Part shown: piece after piece, positions 59,142-64,000 of the stretch
How positions within the stretch are numbered: position 1 is the first letter of the stretch
Layout of the letters: each line of letters opens with the position of its first letter
NCBI GenBank assembly: GCA_030586555.1
Contig: JAURAC010000002.1
Coordinates: forward strand, 96,001 to 160,000
Source of the DNA: Candidatus Subterrananammoxibius californiae
GTDB lineage: Bacteria; Planctomycetota; Brocadiia; Brocadiales; Subterrananammoxibiaceae
DNA length: 64,000 bases
Reading direction: 5' to 3'
Notes under the pieces: generated by a model
What the model saw: the letters and a program-made list of their open reading frames with translations, nothing else
What the model was told of the DNA's origin: nothing
The model's database searches: none
Made by a program: the position numbers and the translations under genes

Positions 59142-60467
59142 CTACATCTCCGCATCCTTCGCCCTAATCTTCCCTGACATTAGTTTTGGAAGGAGAGAAT
59201 CACGGATTGCTGCAAGGTTGCGTGATTGTTTCACATTGGAAAGTATCTGTTTGTCTAAACGTTCGACTGGTGAACAGAATTTGTCCAGCAAAACTTCCGG
59301 TGGGAGAATGATTTTAAAATCATGAACGTCTGACTTAGTTACTGAACCAAAAACAGTTCCTTCTGCTTCAAATTTATTCCACCTTGATTGAGTAGCACAC
59401 AGCAAGTAATAAAGGTATCCATAATGCCTTTCTTTTGGACTAAGTGCTGCAATTCCCCGTCCAATTGCGCATCGTTCTTCTGCCACATTTAAACTTCCGA
59501 CAGGCGCACGAACACTTAGAAGTATATCCCCCTTTTCGGCGAATCGGGTGGGTATAGTGCAGTAAACCCGTTTGTTAGGAAACCTAAATCCAAAGTCACG
59601 TATACCTTGATAAAATGGTAATCCTTCTCCTACTTCATTATAAGTTTTTCCAGGTGGTGATTGCCCCATGGTAATCTCGCAAATATCTTTCAACGTCCCA
59701 ACCCTCCACCCCTCCGGAATTTCTCCCAATTCTGAATCAACCATCTTTCCGCCGCTGGATTTGTAGGGGTTGCCTGCTTCATTTGGCTTGCCCTGAGCGA
59801 AGTCGAAGGGGAATTCAAAATCTACGAACCAGCGCTTAAAAATCGCCTGCCCAATCTTTTCAAGTGTCGCATTCATCTGTCGGTCGAGCTCGATTTTATC
59901 GTCCAGTGCCCCGAGGATGGAAGCGATGGCATTTTGTTCTGAGAAAGTTGGCAAGAGGAAAGAATAATTTAATATTCTATTTGGGGATGTATGTTTTACT
60001 GTTGTTCCTGTTGCTGTAGCGAGAATTTCATTCCTGTAATCTTTGTTTCTTAAAAGCCAATATAGAAAATTCCTATCTATATTCGAATTTCTTTTAAACA
60101 TTATTTTGCCAAGTCTTTGATTGTGCAAAAAGTTTTTGTTAATTTTGTAAGGGATTTTTGCTGAGTAACCAAGTGTATCACCTTCTTTGCTTAAATCTGT
60201 CATTGTAACAACAATATCCCCTTCTTTTAGAATAAACTCTTCTGGAATCTCTCCAGTATAGTATTTAAATTTAGAATCATTGAACCCTCCGCCTATTTTA
60301 AAATTACCTGGGGTAAGAAGTATGTTTTTATTTTCTTTTTCAGTGAAATACTCTCCTTTAAAAGCGTATCCATGCTTAATTTCTATGTGGTCACATAATT
60401 TTGCTTTTTTCCAATCCTCAGGAATCTTGCCAATTCCAGTTTCCTTGAATTTTGTTTCAGACCCCAT
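59142..60467 (-). CDS. hsdS: type I RM specificity subunit
   Basis: Two TRDs; EQNAIASIL, IFKRWFVDF, SELGEIPEGW, LLPKLMSG. Confidence 0.95.
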   Translation of the reverse strand: MGSETKFKETGIGKIPEDWKKAKLCDHIEIKHGYAFKGEYFTEKENKNILLTPGNFKIGGGFNDSKFKYYTGEIPEEFILKEGDIVVTMTDLSKEGDTLGYSAKIPYKINKNFLHNQRLGKIMFKRNSNIDRNFLYWLLRNKDYRNEILATATGTTVKHTSPNRILNYSFLLPTFSEQNAIASILGALDDKIELDRQMNATLEKIGQAIFKRWFVDFEFPFDFAQGKPNEAGNPYKSSGGKMVDSELGEIPEGWRVGTLKDICEITMGQSPPGKTYNEVGEGLPFYQGIRDFGFRFPNKRVYCTIPTRFAEKGDILLSVRAPVGSLNVAEERCAIGRGIAALSPKERHYGYLYYLLCATQSRWNKFEAEGTVFGSVTKSDVHDFKIILPPEVLLDKFCSPVERLDKQILSNVKQSRNLAAIRDSLLPKLMSGKIRAKDAEM

Positions 60468-60479
60468 ACCCCACTCCTT

Positions 60480-61592
60480 TCAAGAATCACCTTCAGTTCT
60501 TTTAAGAGATAGCGCAGGAGATGCCGAAAGGGATGTCTCCAGTTCCTCGGTACTCGGCAGAATGCCTTTAAGATTCTTCGGCAAGGTTTCCGTAAGTTTA
60601 TATCCTGAGACGCCGATCGGTTTTCGGGTGTCACGCAGGGCGTATTCCACAATCACCTTGTTTTTGGCTTTGCATAGTATTATGCCGATGCTCGGCTGGT
60701 CGTCCTTGTGGCGCAGGAGGTCATCTACTGCCGAAAGATAAAAATTCATCTTTCCTGCGTATTCGGGCTGGAATTCTCCCACCTTGAGCTCGATAACCAC
60801 AAAACAACGCAGGCGGAGATGATAGAACAGAAGGTCAATATAAAAATCCTCGCCGCCGACCTCCAGATGGTATTGGCTGCCGACAAAGGCGAACCCTACA
60901 CCGAGTTCAAGCAGGAACGCCCTTAACTGCTCCAAAAGGGCATTTTCCATGTCCCGTTCTTTCGCCTCTTCACCAATGCCGAGGAAGTCGAAGACATACG
61001 GGTCTTTCAAAACCTGCCTGGCAAGCTCTGATTGAGGCGCGGGCAGGGTGCGGTCAAAGTTGGTTATAGCCTTCCCCTGCCGTCTGTAAAGGTCGCTTTC
61101 TATTTGATGGACGAGGACATTGCGCGACCAGCCATGCTGAATGGTCTGGCGGATATACCATTCACGCTCAATCTGGTCTTGGATTTTGTCCAGCAGGATA
61201 CAGTTGTGGAACCATGGAATTTGTGCAGCAACCTGCTGCACAAATCGCTCATTCTGATATGCTCCTGCGAACGCCCGCATGTATTTGAGATTGCGCGGTG
61301 AAAAGCCCTTCATTTCATGGAACTCCAGACAGAGGTCGCGGGCAAGACGGTCTATGACCTTTGAACCCCACCCCTCCTCTTGTTGCCGGCGTAAAATCTG
61401 CCGTCCAACTTCCCAATAGAGCAGGATTAATTCACGGTTAGCTGCAAGCCCTGCGCGTATTTGAGCGGAACGAATACGCGCCTTGAGGTCTTCGAGCAGT
61501 TCCGCGTAACCTGCCGGCGCCTTTACTAACTGTGCAACGGGTTGTTGCACAATTTCAGATTTGGATTTTTTTGTTTTTCCCTTATCCGCCAT
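60480..61592 (-). CDS. YhcG/DUF1016 PD-(D/E)XK nuclease-domain protein
   Basis: GFSPRNL, KDPYVFDFL, IDLLFYH, IELK, GKMNFY. Confidence 0.92.
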   Translation of the reverse strand: MADKGKTKKSKSEIVQQPVAQLVKAPAGYAELLEDLKARIRSAQIRAGLAANRELILLYWEVGRQILRRQQEEGWGSKVIDRLARDLCLEFHEMKGFSPRNLKYMRAFAGAYQNERFVQQVAAQIPWFHNCILLDKIQDQIEREWYIRQTIQHGWSRNVLVHQIESDLYRRQGKAITNFDRTLPAPQSELARQVLKDPYVFDFLGIGEEAKERDMENALLEQLRAFLLELGVGFAFVGSQYHLEVGGEDFYIDLLFYHLRLRCFVVIELKVGEFQPEYAGKMNFYLSAVDDLLRHKDDQPSIGIILCKAKNKVIVEYALRDTRKPIGVSGYKLTETLPKNLKGILPSTEELETSLSASPALSLKRTEGDS

Positions 61593-61676
61593 ACCCCAGC
61601 ACCTCCATCATGACTAAGCGACCAAACATTCAGGACAACCCCACCCCTTCATATTTCCCACACTTGTTTTGTGCTT

Positions 61677-61749
61677 ATAAGGGCGGGTTTGAAACCCGCC
61701 CCTACGGTATCCCCAACCCTTGTAGAGACGCAAAATCTTGCGTCTCTAC
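61677..61749. repeat. two REP palindromes
   Basis: agggcgggtttgaaacccgcccct; gtagagacgcaaaatcttgcgtctctac. Confidence 0.8.
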
Positions 61750-61753
61750 ATCA

Positions 61754-62281
61754 TTATTTTTCTTCCTTCTTCCTCTGGAACCCAATTTGACTGCGCTTAG
61801 GCTCAGAAGGAGTCATTAGTTGACGAATAGCATCAAAAACAGCCTTAAATTGAGCATCATATTCCCTTTCAAGTGCATCGAGTTTGCGGGCTAACTCTGC
61901 ATTTGAAGCAAGCATCTGACGAAGCCTGACAAATGCCCGCATAATTTCTATGTTGACTAATACCGCCCTCTTGCTCTTTAGAACACTGGATAGCATAGCG
62001 ACACCCTGTTCAGTGAAGGCGTAGGGAGTAGCGCGGCGTAAGCCTCCCCAACTTGAAATCACAATTTGTGATTTCAAGTTATCAAACTCCTCTTTGGTTA
62101 GATGAAACATAAAGTCTTCAGGGAATCGTTCAATATTTCTTTTTACAGCCTGCACCAACACGCGCGGTTCAACCCCGTAAAGCTCAGCAAGGTCTGCGCT
62201 CAACATGACCTTTTGTCCTCGAATTAAAAGGATTGAGTGTTCAATCCGCTCAATAGGTATTATGGACTGTTTATCTGTCAA
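61754..62281 (-). CDS. ORF6N (KilA-N-like) DNA-binding protein
   Basis: [36 protein letters not shown]. Confidence 0.92.
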   Translation of the reverse strand: MTDKQSIIPIERIEHSILLIRGQKVMLSADLAELYGVEPRVLVQAVKRNIERFPEDFMFHLTKEEFDNLKSQIVISSWGGLRRATPYAFTEQGVAMLSSVLKSKRAVLVNIEIMRAFVRLRQMLASNAELARKLDALEREYDAQFKAVFDAIRQLMTPSEPKRSQIGFQRKKEEK

Positions 62282-62369
62282 ATCCTAACCCACCAAGATT
62301 ATTTTTTATCTCTTGTTCTAATTCCCTTGATTTCTTAAACTGCTCTGCAAGTTCAAAGGTAAGCCCCTC
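62271..62369 (-). pseudogene. orphan HsdM C-terminal segment
   Basis: [32 protein letters not shown] aligns with the hsdM end [24 protein letters not shown]. Confidence 0.75.
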
Positions 62370-63554
62370 TTATGTCGGTTGTTTTGCACCCTCGTCAAGC
62401 ACCTTTAAATACGATTCGTAACAGAAAAGACGATTTCTTTGCTTACCTGTAAATTCACGTACTAAACGCAGCTTTTGAAGATTTGCCATGGCTTTGTTGA
62501 CTGCTGGAAAGGAGAGGTGGAGCTCTGTTTGTGCGACAGGCAGGGATAGAATGACCCGTTTTTTGAGAAGTTCATGAACCCGCAATGCAGAACCAGCAGC
62601 CTTACCGATATGCTGGATCTGCTGACGATGCTGTTCAAACATGGTGATTAACTTTCTGGCGGTTTCAGTTGCCTGTTCAGATACTTCTTTAACACCGGTA
62701 AGATAAAATGCAAGCCAGCCTTCCCAGTCGCCTTCGGTCCTAATGCGCTGAAGGGCATCGTAATATTCTGTCCGATGCTGTTTCAAGAAGAGGCTCAAGT
62801 AGAGAAGCGGTTGCGAAAGCGCACCTTCTGCGCACAAAATGAAGGTGATTAAAAGGCGGCCTACACGGCCGTTACCATCCAAAAATGGGTGAATTGTTTC
62901 AAACTGGGCATGTGCCAGTCCTGCTTTGATAAGCGGTGGAGTAGCGACTGGGTCATTATGGAGAAACTTTTCAAGGGCTCCCATAGCGGGCAGGACCTCG
63001 TAGGGTGGAGGCGGCACAAAGAAAGCATTGCTCGGACGGCTCCCGCCTATCCAGTTTTGGGAACGGCGAAATTCTCCTGGTTCTTTTTCGCTGCCGCGTG
63101 TCCCTTTCAAAAGCAGGGCATGAATTTCCTTAAGGAGGCGTAAACTCAATGGAAAGCCGTTTTGTAAACGGCTCAGCCCGTGATTCATTGTGGCTACGTA
63201 ATTAGAAACCTCCTGAACATCTATTAAAGGAACCCCGGGGATTTCTTTATTTTCAAACAGTAAAAGATCCGAGAGGGAAGACTGGGTCCCTTCAATTTGG
63301 GATGAAAGGACAGCTTCTTTACGGACATAGGTGTAGAGAAAAAGATGTGGATCCGGCAAAAGAACAGAAACCCCCTCAAGTCTGCCTAAGGCCCAGTTTG
63401 CCCGTTCCTCCAAGTCCTGTAATCTGGCATCATAATGGATGGGAGGGGCGGGGGGTAACGGAGCAGGGATAAAACTTGTAAAGTGTTCCGGACCTGCCAG
63501 TTGCTTGATCCATCTGCCTGCTCGTGTATTATTTCTTAAAGTTTTTATATTCAT
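62370..63554 (-). CDS. Fic family protein
   Basis: EAVLSSQIEGT, HPFLDGNGRVGR. Confidence 0.94.
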   Translation of the reverse strand: MNIKTLRNNTRAGRWIKQLAGPEHFTSFIPAPLPPAPPIHYDARLQDLEERANWALGRLEGVSVLLPDPHLFLYTYVRKEAVLSSQIEGTQSSLSDLLLFENKEIPGVPLIDVQEVSNYVATMNHGLSRLQNGFPLSLRLLKEIHALLLKGTRGSEKEPGEFRRSQNWIGGSRPSNAFFVPPPPYEVLPAMGALEKFLHNDPVATPPLIKAGLAHAQFETIHPFLDGNGRVGRLLITFILCAEGALSQPLLYLSLFLKQHRTEYYDALQRIRTEGDWEGWLAFYLTGVKEVSEQATETARKLITMFEQHRQQIQHIGKAAGSALRVHELLKKRVILSLPVAQTELHLSFPAVNKAMANLQKLRLVREFTGKQRNRLFCYESYLKVLDEGAKQPT

Positions 63555-63720
63555 AGCGACATTATTAAATTATAAACCACAATCGTTTAATAAGCAATAT
63601 TGTTATTAAATGATTGTTTAATTAAAATGTGCACGTTAAATTATAGGTCGGTATCGTTTAATTACCAAATAGTTATTAAACTATCGTTTAAGTGGAGAAA
63701 TCTATTTAAATTACCGCTAC

Positions 63721-64000
63721 TTAATCCGGAAGAAATTGGCTGAGATTCTTTCGGATGACCAATTTCAGTCTTGTTGACTCCTTAAACTGCTCCTCAAGCG
63801 TAGTAACAAGCCTCTTCATCGTTTCATCAAACGGTTCGTTATCATCTTCTATGTCTTCCGCTCCAACATAACGACCGGGGGTGAGGATATGTCCGTGTTG
63901 TCTTATTTCATCGAATTTAACCGCCTTGCAGAATCCCGGCACGTCCTCATACTTTCCACCTTCTCCACGCCATGCATAGTAGGTGGAGGCTATTTTCTGT
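63721..64000 (-). CDS. hsdM: type I RM methyltransferase subunit M, 3' part (runs off window)
   Basis: [28 protein letters not shown]. Confidence 0.9.
   Translation of the reverse strand, partial: QKIASTYYAWRGEGGKYEDVPGFCKAVKFDEIRQHGHILTPGRYVGAEDIEDDNEPFDETMKRLVTTLEEQFKESTRLKLVIRKNLSQFLPD

Noticed and set aside
55432..64000. Prophage or invertible hsdS shufflon
   Set aside because: No phage structural genes, only one hsdS, and no invertase in view

Overview
Bacterial chromosomal window, most likely Planctomycetota (Ca. Brocadiia-like). This is inferred from the PVC-signature small basic protein and the overall gene content. The backbone is housekeeping: tyrS, valS, radC, a long minus-strand run from tRNA-Gln through glmU-N, prs, rplY, pth, rpsF, ssb, rpsR, rplI, dnaB, bamA, skp, lpxC and lpxA to an oxidoreductase and a radical SAM gene, then ilvD, cbiG/cbiH, fprA, murC-like, trmD, rpsP, ffh and a type I restriction-modification locus. 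There are four normal tRNAs and one tRNA-like gene with a 5-nt anticodon loop. The main unexplained pattern is that small toxin-antitoxin or defence cassettes repeatedly sit right after a core gene and are closed by a second, diverged copy of that gene's end: tRNA-Met, the radical SAM gene (three copies), fprA, rpsP and hsdM (three remnants). 5'-end duplications occur at valS and at an FGE-domain gene. The rpsP and fprA copies stay in frame and differ largely at synonymous sites, and no integrase is present in the window. Other layers are integron attC-like cassette ends, a RAYT transposase with several REP palindrome families (many in frame inside genes), heptamer tandem arrays with a four-helix-bundle gene remnant, and frequent toxin loss. 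All calls are by eye; no searches were run.
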